In this document: positions 1 through 18,300 of the stretch, in pieces | Position numbering within the stretch: the stretch's first letter is position 1 | How the letters are laid out: each line of letters starts with the position of its first letter | Position numbers and translations under genes: made by a program | Source: the human T2T-CHM13v2.0 reference genome, Homo sapiens | Reading direction: 5' to 3' (one strand) | Length of the DNA: 64,000 bases | Assembly (NCBI RefSeq): GCF_009914755.1 | Contig: NC_060947.1 | The notes under the pieces: model-generated | Seen by the model: only the letters and a program-made list of their open reading frames with translations | Told to the model about the DNA's origin: nothing | The model's database searches: none

Positions 1-83
1 ATATTTAATGTATTTCCTTCTGGTTAAATTTTTTATCTATTTATATGCCCATATTTTAGTAAAAATGGTACAATAATATCAAT

Positions 84-200
84 AATATACTTTCTATTTT
101 TAACCCCTGTTCATTTAATATATTATAAATATACTATTTTTTATATTATAAATATACTTTCTATTTTTTAACCCCTGTTCATTTAATATATTATAAATAT
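84..200. repeat. Local ~50-bp direct duplication (84-132 / 151-200)
   Basis: aatatactttctattttt(t)aacccctgttcatttaatatattataaatat occurs twice. Confidence 0.85.
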
Positions 201-285
201 CTTTCTGTGTCATTACTTTTCTACTCATTCATCTTAACAATTGTACATTATCCATTGTATGTGCATGGCTTCACCCCTAACCACC

Positions 286-611
286 TTTTCTTCTTTTTTC
301 TTTTCTTTTTTTTTTTTTTTTTTTTTTTTATTGAGATAGGATCTCGTTCTATCACCCAGGCTAGAATGTAGTAATGGGATCATAGCTCACTGCAGCCTCG
401 AGTTCCTGGGCTCAAGCGATTACCTCTTCTTCAGCCTCCCTATAGGCATGTGCTACCATGATCAGCGAATTGCTAAATTTTTGTTGCTGTTGTTAGGGAT
501 GATGTCTCACTATGTTGCCCAAGTTGGACTTGAACTGCTGACCTCAAGCAGTCCTCCCACCTCAGCATCCCAAAGTGGTGAGGTTATAGGCATAAGCAAC
601 CCTACTTGGCC
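286..611 (-). mobile_element. AluJ SINE
   Basis: Poly-T then diverged antisense Alu body; J-type catagctcactgcagcctcg...ctgggctcaagcgat. Confidence 0.9.
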
Positions 612-1514
612 TCAAATTCTTTTCTTAACAAGAAAAATAATTTAAACGGCATTGGAATTGCATATATAAATGCTTGCAAAATAAGTTTTTTTCATGACAT
701 TTGTATATTTTGTCTCCTTCTCATGCCTTTCTCTACAGATGTACATACTCACACATACACACTTTAACAATTTGCTATCAAGTAGACTAATTGAGTGCAT
801 CTTAAGTCCAGATCCAATGGTATACAAACTCCCAATCTGATTTATACAAGGTATTATTAAAGAGTTATTGTTGAGAAAATATATTACAGTGAAATTATTT
901 TTTAATGGGGCTATGGTTCGCATAAAGTATGGTAGTAATATTCAAAGAAATAAGAAAAAAATTTCAAAATAGACTTCTTTAGGAATCTTATTTAATTCTG
1001 TGGTAAAGTAAATCTGACTAACATACAGTAGAATGGGAACTTCAAAGGTCTTTTCCTAGTTTTTAAAGCTTGCCAGAATTAAGTGCTGCTGATTAGTGCT
1101 AAATTGACTGGAACTGTGGTTGGGAGTGAAGATCGGGGTCATGTTAGGAGCTGAGACCAGAGAAATATATGACAGAGCTCTACACTTATTTTGTGTGCCC
1201 ATGGACAAATAATAAAAAAGAAAAGACAGAGTGGAAAGTTGTGGTTTCCTAATTGCAAATTGAGCTTCGATGCTGGGGAGAACTAATGTGATCCTGACAC
1301 CAAAAGTCATTCCAACTGACTTGATATATATACAAATAACAGTATAATTTGGATTTTTAAAATGCAGCTGCAACCTGTCCATTGAATCTGAGAACATTTT
1401 CATTTTCACTTGAAATCAAACACAACACTATATAGTCTATTGGTACACATGTCTAAAATATTTACCTTAACTACATGACTACAAAAACATCTCTTAAATA
1501 TCAAATTATAAACT

Positions 1515-1761
1515 ATTCAGTGTATGTATATATATTTATAAAGATAAATCAACTATTCAATATAGATATCTGTATACATGTATAGTATATAGATATCTAT
1601 ACTGAATAGATATCTATACGGAATAGATATCTATACAGAATAGACTGAATCTATACTTAATCTATACAGTATAAATGTATATTGAATATAGCAGTATAGA
1701 TAACTTTACTGAATAGTTGATTTATCTTTATAAAAAATATATATATATACATATACTGAAT
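1515..1761. repeat. AT-rich inverted repeat with internal 17-bp tandem palindromic units
   Basis: 1535-1559 and 1710-1734 are perfect 25-bp reverse complements; spacer holds repeated gaatagatatctatacN. Confidence 0.85.
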
Positions 1762-2209
1762 TGCTGATAGTTGATTTTTTTTACACTGATTACCTCCTAT
1801 TTTTATTTTCCTAAATTTGGTGATTAAAATAAAATTCAGACCCAGAGCTAATTCAATAAAAATTAGCTCATTTTATGTATGAACTTAGCTTAACTTCAAA
1901 GTCTTGGTCATAGTTTTGAATACATTTTCTTTTAACAACACAATTGCTTTTCATTCAAAAGGGAAAAGTACTGAAAAACAATTGATCTATCTGGAGGATT
2001 CTGGCTCCTTTGAATCTTTGGATGCATCATGAGTGTTTTTTTTATTCTTTTGCTTGCACTTTTTCCAAAAGAAGCTAAATAAATTAATTAGAGAAAGAGA
2101 TGCTCTTCGTCTCTCTGTTGGCCTAGTCATAAGAGAAACCATCAGATATGAGGCTTAATGGCTAGTCATGGAGGCAAAAAATGTAATTAATACTTAGATA
2201 AATGTCTGC

Positions 2210-2513
<304 letters not shown>

Positions 2514-3069
2514 AATTGTCTGCTTTGAAAGCACTGGTTAAACACTGTGGAGTGGCAAGATTTCTCATTGGCATGCTCATTCAGTTTTCGCTGGAGATTA
2601 GACAGTGCTCCAGCTAAATCAGTTAGAATGCATAACTGATTTTCTAATTGGATGCATCTAATTGGCAATTAGAAAATCAGGGCAACATTTTAGACATGGG
2701 TTTGTGGTGATTCTCATGTAAATGAACCTGTTGCACTGTCATTCGTATAAAAGGGCAGCACATATGATTATATGCAGTACATAATAAATGATAACGATAA
2801 AAAACCCCTATGGTTTATGTATTCACTCTTACCAAGAGTTGTTCACTAATTTAGAGAATCACATCACTGAAGGAAATGCTACTTGTGATATTTGAGTTGT
2901 CAATACAATATACTTACATCAGTCTGCATTCCTAGCTGTCATATTCATGGTGATTCTATTTATGGATGCAAGCACTTTATAACTTCCTTACTTCTAGTGT
3001 TATTGTGACTAATCATTTATATATTGAGAGGTTTATTATTTTGAAATGAAATACTTCATTTCATATACT

Positions 3070-3238
3070 GAAAAACTTCTCAACAAATAAAAATCCAGGA
3101 TCAGATAGTTAAACTAGTGAGTTCCATCAAATGTTTAAAGAAAAGTTAAAACCAACACTTCTCAAACTCTTTCAAGAATGTGGAGAGAAAAAAAACACTT
3201 CCTAACTTAATCTATGGAACCAGAATTTCCCTGATCCC
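3070..3238 (+). mobile_element. Old L1M ORF2 fragment
   Basis: Degenerate match to the [14 protein letters not shown]...[10 protein letters not shown] coding region. Confidence 0.7.
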
Positions 3239-3270
3239 TGATTTTATCATTAACATTTGTAATTTTATCT

Positions 3271-3633
3271 TGTCTTTGTTCAGGCTGTTGGAACAAATCA
3301 CTATAGACTGGGTGACTTATAAACAACCAAAATTTATTTCTTGCAGTTCTGAATGCTGAGAAGTCCTAGATGAAGGTGCTAACAGAATCAGTGTCTGGTG
3401 AGGGCCCACTTCCTGGTTGAGAGACAGCTGTCATTTTGTTGTGTCCTCACATGGCAGAAGGGACTAATGAGCTCTCTGGAGCCTCTACTATCAGAACACT
3501 AATTCTATTCATGAGAGATCCACCCTCAGGACCTAAACACCTCCCAAAGGCCCCATCTCATAATACTATCACATACGGTATTAGGATTTCAACATATGAA
3601 TTTTGCGGAAACACAAACTTTCAGTTTATAGCA
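3271..3633 (-). mobile_element. MaLR solo LTR (MLT1A/MLT1A0-like)
   Basis: tagactgggtgacttataaacaac...gtgtcctcacatggcagaag...aggatttcaacatatgaatttt typical of antisense MLT1A. Confidence 0.85.
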
Positions 3634-4574
3634 TTTATTTTTAGCATTTTATATTTTTCAACAATCCTGTGAGGTAGGCAGGCCTAGTGTTACGTATTCT
3701 ATTTTATGGGACCCAGCTCCAAAATTATAATAGAACTCAGAAGGAAGGTCCTGACTTGGTGAATAAGTGATCATTTCATTTATAAAAAAATAGAAATGTA
3801 TTCAATGCATAAAATGAGCTCAGTCTGTAATACATTATAAATAAATGCACTTCTTAGATTATTTAGTCTATGGGAAGCCTGCACAATTTAACTCCACTCA
3901 CATGGATCATTAAGCTGTAACTGCACTCAAATAAGTAAATTGCAAATTATGGAATTCTGGCAAGCAATATACCAAGTAGTTTCATAGAAAATCATGAAGT
4001 TCATGACTTTTGAATCAATTTGAGGAATTTTTATTTATGAATAGTTGTTTTTTTTGTCCTACAATAAGAACATCTAGAATAGTTATAATAATAGCACTAA
4101 GAAGGGACCGTTAAGAGGTCTCTGGTGATCATTGATCAGACTCTTAAAACCCTCTAACTTTCCTATTCTCATGAACTCCATGAATATTTATTCTGCAATA
4201 ATTTGTATTTATCAAGTGATATCTTGCATTCTCACAGTAATTCATCAAAAACATGTAAAATTTTCAGTTTTTAATATCTGACTACCATGGCATAACCTGG
4301 ACTGAAGTTGATACAATTTGAATCAATAGCAAATACATTTAATATGTTAGCTAATAAAATATGGTTTTGTCTTATAAATGATGAGAAGTTTAGTCCAAGT
4401 TTTATAATGGGTGATATTTTTGGACAAGCTTATATAAATACTAGGGAGATAGATTATTATGTAATGTTCAATGGATGTTTAAGTTTAGTAAATCATATCT
4501 TAATTTCTAAAGAGACTTGTCATATAATAATAGTAGTTGTTTTAGAAATATATATATCTGGATATTTTTTAGTT

Positions 4575-4601
4575 ACACACACACACACACACACACACAC
4601 A
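4575..4601. repeat. (CA)n microsatellite
   Basis: Direct reading. Confidence 0.95.
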
Positions 4602-5685
4602 CTGTTACCCACTTACTCATTAACCATTAGAATAAGAAAGACAATCTTTTTGTTTTTTAAACTCACCAAGTACATGTATCAGCACAGCAGCTAGTCTGGC
4701 AGCTATAAAAATACAATTATGCAAATTAGGTATGTGTTCCCTGAAGAGTCCTAATAGGATGATTGACCTATATATGGCTTAATTTGCTTTCATGAGCCCT
4801 CTTTATTGTCTTTCATTTGCACAAGAAATTAAAACCTGTTAAATTCTATTGCTCCCCAATTACTTATCAAAGGTGCTTTGTCATTCCATGTAAAAAATAA
4901 TCAATAGCTTTTTCATGCTATTTTCTCTGAAAATGCAACTATGGTGCTAGAAGATAGCACAATTTCCAACCATACATTTGAATAATCTCTTTTTTAATCA
5001 ACATATCACTTATGAAATGACAGTGAGTTTTAAAGGTATGTGGTTGAGAGATCACAGAATCACTAGGTTACATAGACAATTTGCTTGCTAGTGTTTTTGA
5101 TCATATGTATATAATATCTACTATTTGGAAATCTGTTCATCTCTAAGCAGGAAAAACTATTTGGTTATAGCCACATGGGCATTCTACTGGTTTAGCTTTT
5201 GGCATCACTAAAAATCTTTATAGTGATAAGGTTTGATTTCACTAAGCAGACCAAAACTTAGTGCAAAGGAAAGTATCTTGGTTGCCTCTCAGTCATAAAA
5301 ACAGCTTTCTCAAAGCCTAACTTACGTGAAGGATTCACTTTTTCTTATTATGCTGCTTAGCGTAAACAAAAATGTATTGCCAATACAGTGTTTCCAAAGT
5401 AAATTAAACAACTCTATGTTGTTTCATAAAGAGGAAAATGCTTCCACTTTATGGAAATAGAAATACAGAATGTGAGTACTTTTAAATCCCTTTTCTCCTC
5501 GACTTACTAAAATTTTGGAAACTTTAACATTTATTGAGAGATGGGTCCAGTATTCCAGGATTGGACAGCCTCATGACAAGGTTTCCTATAAGGTCCCTTG
5601 CCCCCATATCACTGTTAAAAGATAAACTGGGTTGGAAGTTGCTGCTCTTGGTCTACTGCTTTCTGCTTTTTTTTTTTTTTTTTTT

Positions 5686-6492
<807 letters not shown>

Positions 6493-7383
6493 GGAGGAGG
6501 AGCCAAGATGGCCGAATAGGAACAGCTCCGGTCTACAGCTCCCAGCGTGAGCGACGCAGAAGACGGGTGATTTCTGCATTTCCATCTGAGGTACCGGGTT
6601 CATCTCACTAGGGAGTGCCAGACAGTGGGCGCAGGCCAGTGTGTGTGCGCACCGTGCGCGAGCCGAAGCAGGGCGAGGCATTGCCTCACCTGGGAAGCGC
6701 AAGGGGTCAGGGAGTTCCCTTTCTGAGTCAAAGAAAGGGGTGACGGACGCACCTGGAAAATCGGGTCACTCCCACCCGAATATTGTGCTTTTCAGACTGG
6801 CTTAAGAAACGGCGCACCACGAGACTATATCCCACACCTGGCTCAGAGGGTCCTACGCCCACGGAATCTCGCTGATTGCTAGCACAGCAGTCTGAGATCA
6901 AACTGCAAGGTGGCAACGAGGCTGGGGGAGGGGCGCCCGCCATTGCCCAGGCTTGCTTAGGTAAACAAAGCAGCCGGGAAGCTCGAACTGGGTGGAGCCC
7001 ACCACAGCTCAAGGAGGCCTGCCTGCCTCTGTAGGCTCCACCTCTGGGGGCAGGGCACAGACAAACAAAAAGACAGCAGTAACCTCTGCAGACTTAAGTG
7101 TCCCTGTCTGACAGCTTTGAAGAGAGCAGTGGTTCTCCCAGCACGCAGCTGGAGATCTGAGAACAGGCAGACTGCCTCCTCAAGTGGGTCCCTGACCCCT
7201 GACCCCCGAGCAGCCTAACTGGGAGGCACACTGACACCTCACACGGCAGGGTATTCCAACAGACTTGCAGCTGAGGGTCCTGTCTGTTAGAAGGAAAACT
7301 AACAACCAGAAAGGACATCTACACCGAAAACCCATCTGTACATCACCATCATCAAAGACCAAAAGTAGATAAAAACCACAAAG
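6493..7383 (+). promoter_or_regulatory. L1 5'UTR: internal sense promoter and antisense promoter, CpG-rich
   Basis: YY1 site ccaagatggccg at ~6503-6514; L1HS 5'UTR sequence. Confidence 0.9.
6728..6943 (-). CDS. ORF0: LINE-1 ORF0, 71 aa (MAGAPPPASL...VRHPFL)
   Basis: ATG at 6943 (L1 nt ~451); last 71 codons of the 6728..7012 ORF; position and length match primate L1 ORF0. Confidence 0.85.
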   Translation of the reverse strand: MAGAPPPASLPPCSLISDCCASNQRDSVGVGPSEPGVGYSLVVRRFLSQSEKHNIRVGVTRFSRCVRHPFL

Positions 7384-8400
7384 ATGGGGAAAAAACAGAA
7401 CAGAAAAACTGGAAACTCTAAAACGCAGAGCGCCTCTCCTCCTCCAAAGGAACGCAGTTCCTCACCAGCAACGGAACAAAGCTGGATGGAGAATGACTTT
7501 GACGAGCTGAGAGAAGAAGGCTTCAGACGATCAAATTACTCTGAGCTACGGGAGGACATTCAAACCAAAGGCAAAGAAGTTGAAAACTTTGAAAAAAATT
7601 TAGAAGAATGTATAACTAGAATAACCAATACAGAGAAGTGCTTAAAGGAGCTGATGGAGCTGAAAACCAAGGCTCGAGAACTACGTGAAGAATGCAGAAG
7701 CCTCAGGAGCCGATGCGATCAACTGGAAGAAAGGGTATCAGCAATGGAAGATGAAATGAATGAAATGAAGCGAGAAGGGAAGTTTAGAGAAAAAAGAATA
7801 AAAAGAAACGAGCAAAGCCTCCAAGAAATATGGGACTATGTGAAAAGACCAAATCTACGTCTGATTGGTGTACCTGAAAGTGATGTGGAGAATGGAACCA
7901 AGTTGGAAAACACTCTGCAGGATATTATCCAGGAGAACTTCCCCAATCTAGCAAGGCAGGCCAACGTTCAGATTCAGGAAATACAGAGAACGCCACAAAG
8001 ATACTCCTCGAGAAGAGCAACTCCAAGACACATAATTGTCAGATTCACCAAAGTTGAAATGAAGGAAAAAATGTTAAGGGCAGCCAGAGAGAAAGGTCGG
8101 GTTACCCTCAAAGGAAAGCCCATCAGACTAACAGCGGATCTCTCGGCAGAAACCCTACAAGCCAGAAGAGAGTGGGGGCCAATATTCAACATTCTTAAAG
8201 AAAAGAATTTTCAACCCAGAATTTCATATCCAGCCAAACTAAGCTTCATAAGTGAAGGAGAAATAAAATACTTTATAGACAAGCAAATGCTGAGAGATTT
8301 TGTCACCACCAGGCCTGCCCTAAAAGAGCTCCTGAAGGAAGCGCTAAACCTGGAAAGGAACAACCGGTACCAGCCGCTGCAAAATCATGCCAAAATGTAA
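7384..8400 (+). CDS. L1 ORF1: LINE-1 ORF1p RNA-binding protein/nucleic acid chaperone, intact 338 aa
   Basis: MGKKQNRK start, coiled coil, REKG, ARR and YPAKLS motifs; canonical length. Confidence 0.97.
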   Translation: MGKKQNRKTGNSKTQSASPPPKERSSSPATEQSWMENDFDELREEGFRRSNYSELREDIQTKGKEVENFEKNLEECITRITNTEKCLKELMELKTKARELREECRSLRSRCDQLEERVSAMEDEMNEMKREGKFREKRIKRNEQSLQEIWDYVKRPNLRLIGVPESDVENGTKLENTLQDIIQENFPNLARQANVQIQEIQRTPQRYSSRRATPRHIIVRFTKVEMKEKMLRAAREKGRVTLKGKPIRLTADLSAETLQARREWGPIFNILKEKNFQPRISYPAKLSFISEGEIKYFIDKQMLRDFVTTRPALKELLKEALNLERNNRYQPLQNHAKM

Positions 8401-8439
8401 AGACCATCGAGACTAGGAAGAAACTGCATCAACTAATGA

Positions 8440-12290
<3,851 letters not shown>

Positions 12291-13050
12291 ACAATGAGAT
12301 CACATGGACACAGGAAGGGGAATATCACACTCTGGGGACTGTGGTGGGGTCGGGGGAGGGGGGAGGGATAGCATTGGGAGATATACCTAATGCTAGATGA
12401 CACGTTAGTGGGTGCAGCGCACCAGCATGGCACATGTATACATATGTAACTAACCTGCACAATGTGCACATGTACCCTAAAACTTAGAGTATAATAAAAA
12501 AAAAAATATTATTAACTCACAATATTAGCTCACTTAATATTAGTAGCTCACAAATTAATTCTTCATATATTGTGCCATTAACATAGATTTATACTTTATT
12601 TATGTATTTTGTTTTTTAAATTCTGTAAAAAATTCAAAAATGGTGTGACAAACCAAAGTTATCATGATATTGTATTTTAACTGTTTTTATTTATTTACCT
12701 TTATTGGAAACTTTATGTTATATATAGGATACATGTGAATATTTTTTACATGCATAGAATGTGTGATAATTAAGTGAGAGTATTTGGGGTAATCATCACC
12801 TTGGTTATTTATCATTTCTATGTGTTGGTATTATTTCAAGTCCTCTCTAATAGCTACTTTACAATATACAATATATTGTTGCTAACTATAGTCACCCTAC
12901 TCTGCTATTGAATATTGGAGCTTACTTATTTTAACTGTATATTTGTACCCACTAACCAGCCTCTCTTTATCCCCTCCTCATACCCACAGACCCTTCTCAC
13001 CCTCTGGAATCTATTATTTTATTGTTGATCTCCATGACATCACCTTTTTA

Positions 13051-14677
<1,627 letters not shown>

Positions 14678-15021
14678 ACATCACCTTTTTAAACTCCCAT
14701 ATATAAGTGAGAACATGTTTTATCTATCTTTCTGTGCCTGGCATATTACCTTAACATCATTACCTTCAGTTCCATTTATACTGCTGCAAATAATATGAAT
14801 TTACTTTTTTCTATAGCCAAATACTATTTCATTATGTATATATATCACATTTTCTTTATTCATTTATCTGTCAATATACACTTTGTCTGATACCATATGT
14901 TGGATATTGTGACTACTGCTGCAATAAACATATCAATGCAAGTATCCCTTTGATACAGATTTATTTTCCTTTGTATAAACACCCAATACTGGGGTTGCTG
15001 AATTGTGTGGTAGCTCTAGTT

Positions 15022-15352
15022 TTTTCGTCGTTGTTGTTTTTTATTTTGTTTATTTATTTACTTATGTTTTGAGAGAGAGTCTCACTCTGTCATCCAGGCT
15101 GAAGTGCAGTGGCAGGATCTTGGCTTAGTGAAACTTCTGCTTCCTGGGTTCAAGCGATTCTTATGCCTCAGCCTCCCAGGTAACCGGGATGACAGGCATC
15201 CACCACCACACCTGGCTAATTTTTGTACTTTCAGTAGAGACTGGGTTTCACCATGTTGTCCAGGATGGTCTCACACTCCTGACCTCAGGTGATCCACCTT
15301 CCTTGGCCTCCCAAATTGCTGGGACTACAGGCTTGAGTCACCGCGCCCAGCC
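15022..15352 (-). mobile_element. AluS (Sx-like) SINE
   Basis: Antisense dimer; short TSD tctagtt. Confidence 0.88.
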
Positions 15353-18300
15353 TCTAGTTCTGTTTTTAATTTGTGAGAAATCTTCAAATTTTTTTCTATA
15401 GTGTTTGTACTAATTTAAATTCCCAACAATGTATAAAAGTTCCCATTTCTTTGCATTATTGCCAGCATCTGTCTTTTTTTTGGTCTTTTTAATAATATAC
15501 ATTCTGAATATCTCTTAGTGTGAGATAATATCAGGTTTTGATTAGCATTTCCCTGATGCTTAGTAATATTAAGCATTTTTTCATATACCGGTTGGCCATT
15601 TGTATGCCTTATTTTGAAAAATATCTATTAATGCCCTTTGCCTTATTTTCAATAGGATTATTATTATTATTATTTTACCATTGCGTTGTTTGAGTTTCTT
15701 GTATATTCTAGATATTAGTCTCTTTTTGAACAAATTGTTTTTGAATATTTTCTCCCATTCAAGAGGTTAATTGTTTTGTTGATGGTTTTCTTTGCTGTAC
15801 AAAAGCTTTTTAGCTTAGTATCATCCCATTTGTCTATTTTTGTTTCTATTGCCTATGTTTTTGAGGTCTTAGCCATAAAATCTTTGCCTAGACTAATGCC
15901 CTAACATGTTTCTTCTATGTTTTCTTCTAGTAATTTTATATTGTTTGGTCTTAAATTGAAGTCTTAATTCATCTTGTGTTGATTTTTCAATATGGTGGGA
16001 GATAGAAATCCAGTTTTATTTTTCTGCATATAGGTATCTATTTTGCAAGTACCATTTATGGAAGAGCATGTCCTTTTCCCAATGCATGTTCTTGGGGCCT
16101 TTCTTGAAAATCATTTGGCCATAAATACATGGATATATTTCTGTGTCCTGTGTCTATTGTTATGCCAATACCACGTTGTTTTGGAAACTCAAGACTTGTA
16201 ATACATTTTAAAATCAGGTAGTGTGATGCCTCTAGCTTTATTCTTTTTTATTCAGGTTTGCTTTGAATATTTGGGCCTCTTTTGGGTTTCATATGAATTT
16301 TATAATTGCTTTTTCTTATTTTGAAAAAAAATTTGTATTTTGATGGGGATTTCACTTAATCCACAAATTGCTTTGAGCACTATGGTCATTTTAACAATAT
16401 TAATTTTGCTGATCCATGAGTATGGATGTCTATCATTTGTTATTGTCCTCTTCAATTACTTTCATCAGTGTTTTATAGTTTTCCTTGAGGAGATATTTCA
16501 CACCCTTGGTTAAATTTATTCCAATGTGTTTTTTGTAGCTATTGTAAATAGAATTGCCTTCTCGATTTCTTTCTTACCTAGTTCATTATTGGTATACACA
16601 AACATTATTGATTTTTGTATGTTGATTTTGCATCCTGCAACTTTACTAAATTTATTTATCAAATCTAGAAGTTTTTTAATGGAGTCTTTAGTTTTTTCTA
16701 GATATAAGATTATATAATCAGCAAAGAAGCACTATTTGACTTCCTCTTTTCTAACTTGGATGTTTTTTATTTATTTTCCTTGCCTGCTTGCTCTAGATAG
16801 AACTTCAACTACTAGGTTGAACAGGAGTGTTGAAAGCAAGCATCATCATCTTGTTCCAGATCTTTAAAAAAGGATTTTAACTTTTCCTCATTCAGTACGT
16901 TAGCTATGGGATATTCACATATGAGTTTTATTATATTGAGTTATATTTATTATATATATTTATTCTATTCCTAGTTTTTTGAGAGGTTTTACTATGAAGG
17001 AATGTTGAATTTTATAAAATGGTTTTTCTGCATGTTTAAATGATCATATGTTTTTTGCTAATTCTGTTGATGTGACATTTATTGATTTGTGTATGTTGAA
17101 TCTTCATTGTATCAGTGGTCTAAATCTCACTTGGTCATAGTCTCTTATCTTTTTGATGTGCTACTGGATTTAGTTTGCTAGTATTTTGTTGGGGATTTTC
17201 ATGTTTTTGTTCATCAAAGATATTGGCCTATAGTTTTCATTTTTTGTTGTGTTCTTATCTGTTTTTGGTATCAGAGTAATGCTGGCCTCATAGAATAATT
17301 TAGGGAGAGCTTCCACCTCCTCAATTTTTTGGTGTACATTCAGGAGAACTGGGATGAGTTCTTTACACATTTTGTTGAATTCAGCCATGAATTCATACAG
17401 TCCTGGGCTTTTCTTTGTAGAGATTATTTTTATTATTAATTCAATCTTGTTACTCATTGTCTGTTCATGTTTTCTATTTCCCCTGATTTAATTTTGATAT
17501 GTTGTATGCTTCTCAGAATTTATCAATTTCCTCTAGGTTTTTCAGTTTGTCAGCATATTTCTTCATAATAGTCTCTGATGATGTTTTGTATCGCAGTCTT
17601 ATCAGTTGTAATGTCTACTCTTTCACTTTTGATTTATTGATTTTTGGCTTCTGTCTTTTCTTGGCAAGTTTAGTTAGTGTTTTACCAACTTTATGTTTTC
17701 ATATAACTAATTTGTTATTTTAGTGATTTTTTGTATCTGTTTAGTTTATATTTTAATTCTGCTCTTATTTTCATTGTTTCTTTTCTTCTACTAATTTTGG
17801 ATTTTTTTTTTTCTTCAATTCCTTCAGGCGCATCATTAGGTTGTTTGTTTGAACTTTTTCTACTTTTTTGATGTAGTCATTTGTTGCTACGAACTTTACT
17901 TTTAGCACTGTTTTTGGTGTATTCAGTAGTTTTTATTATGTCGTGTTTCCATCTTCATTTATTTCAAGAATTATTTTTATTTTTATTTGTTCATTGAACC
18001 AATGATTTCACAGAAGCATGTTGTTTAATTTAAATGTATTTCTATATTTTCTAAAGTGTCTCTTTGTATTGCTTTTGAGTTTTATTTTATTGTAGTCTGA
18101 GAAGATACATGATATGATTTTAATTTTTAAAAATTTGTTGGGACTTACTTTGTTACCTAACTTATAGTCTATCCAGGAGAATGTTGCATGTGCTGATGAG
18201 AAAAATGTATATTCTCTAGTCATTGAATAAAATGTTTTGTAAATGTTTGTTAGGTCTATTTGGTCCAAAGTCCAGTTTAAGTCTAATGTCTCTGTATATA

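Noticed and set aside
1056-1409. 117-aa ORF; also 128-aa ORF at 4308-4694 and 129-aa ORF at 35798-36187
   Set aside because: Non-ATG starts, low-complexity or unrecognisable products, no splice or domain support.
4100-4147. Imperfect hairpin ttaagaggtct...agactcttaa
   Set aside because: Short, and overlaps what looks like a MIR-end remnant; plausible by chance.
12335-12367. G-quadruplex-forming tract
   Set aside because: Standard feature of the L1 3'UTR.
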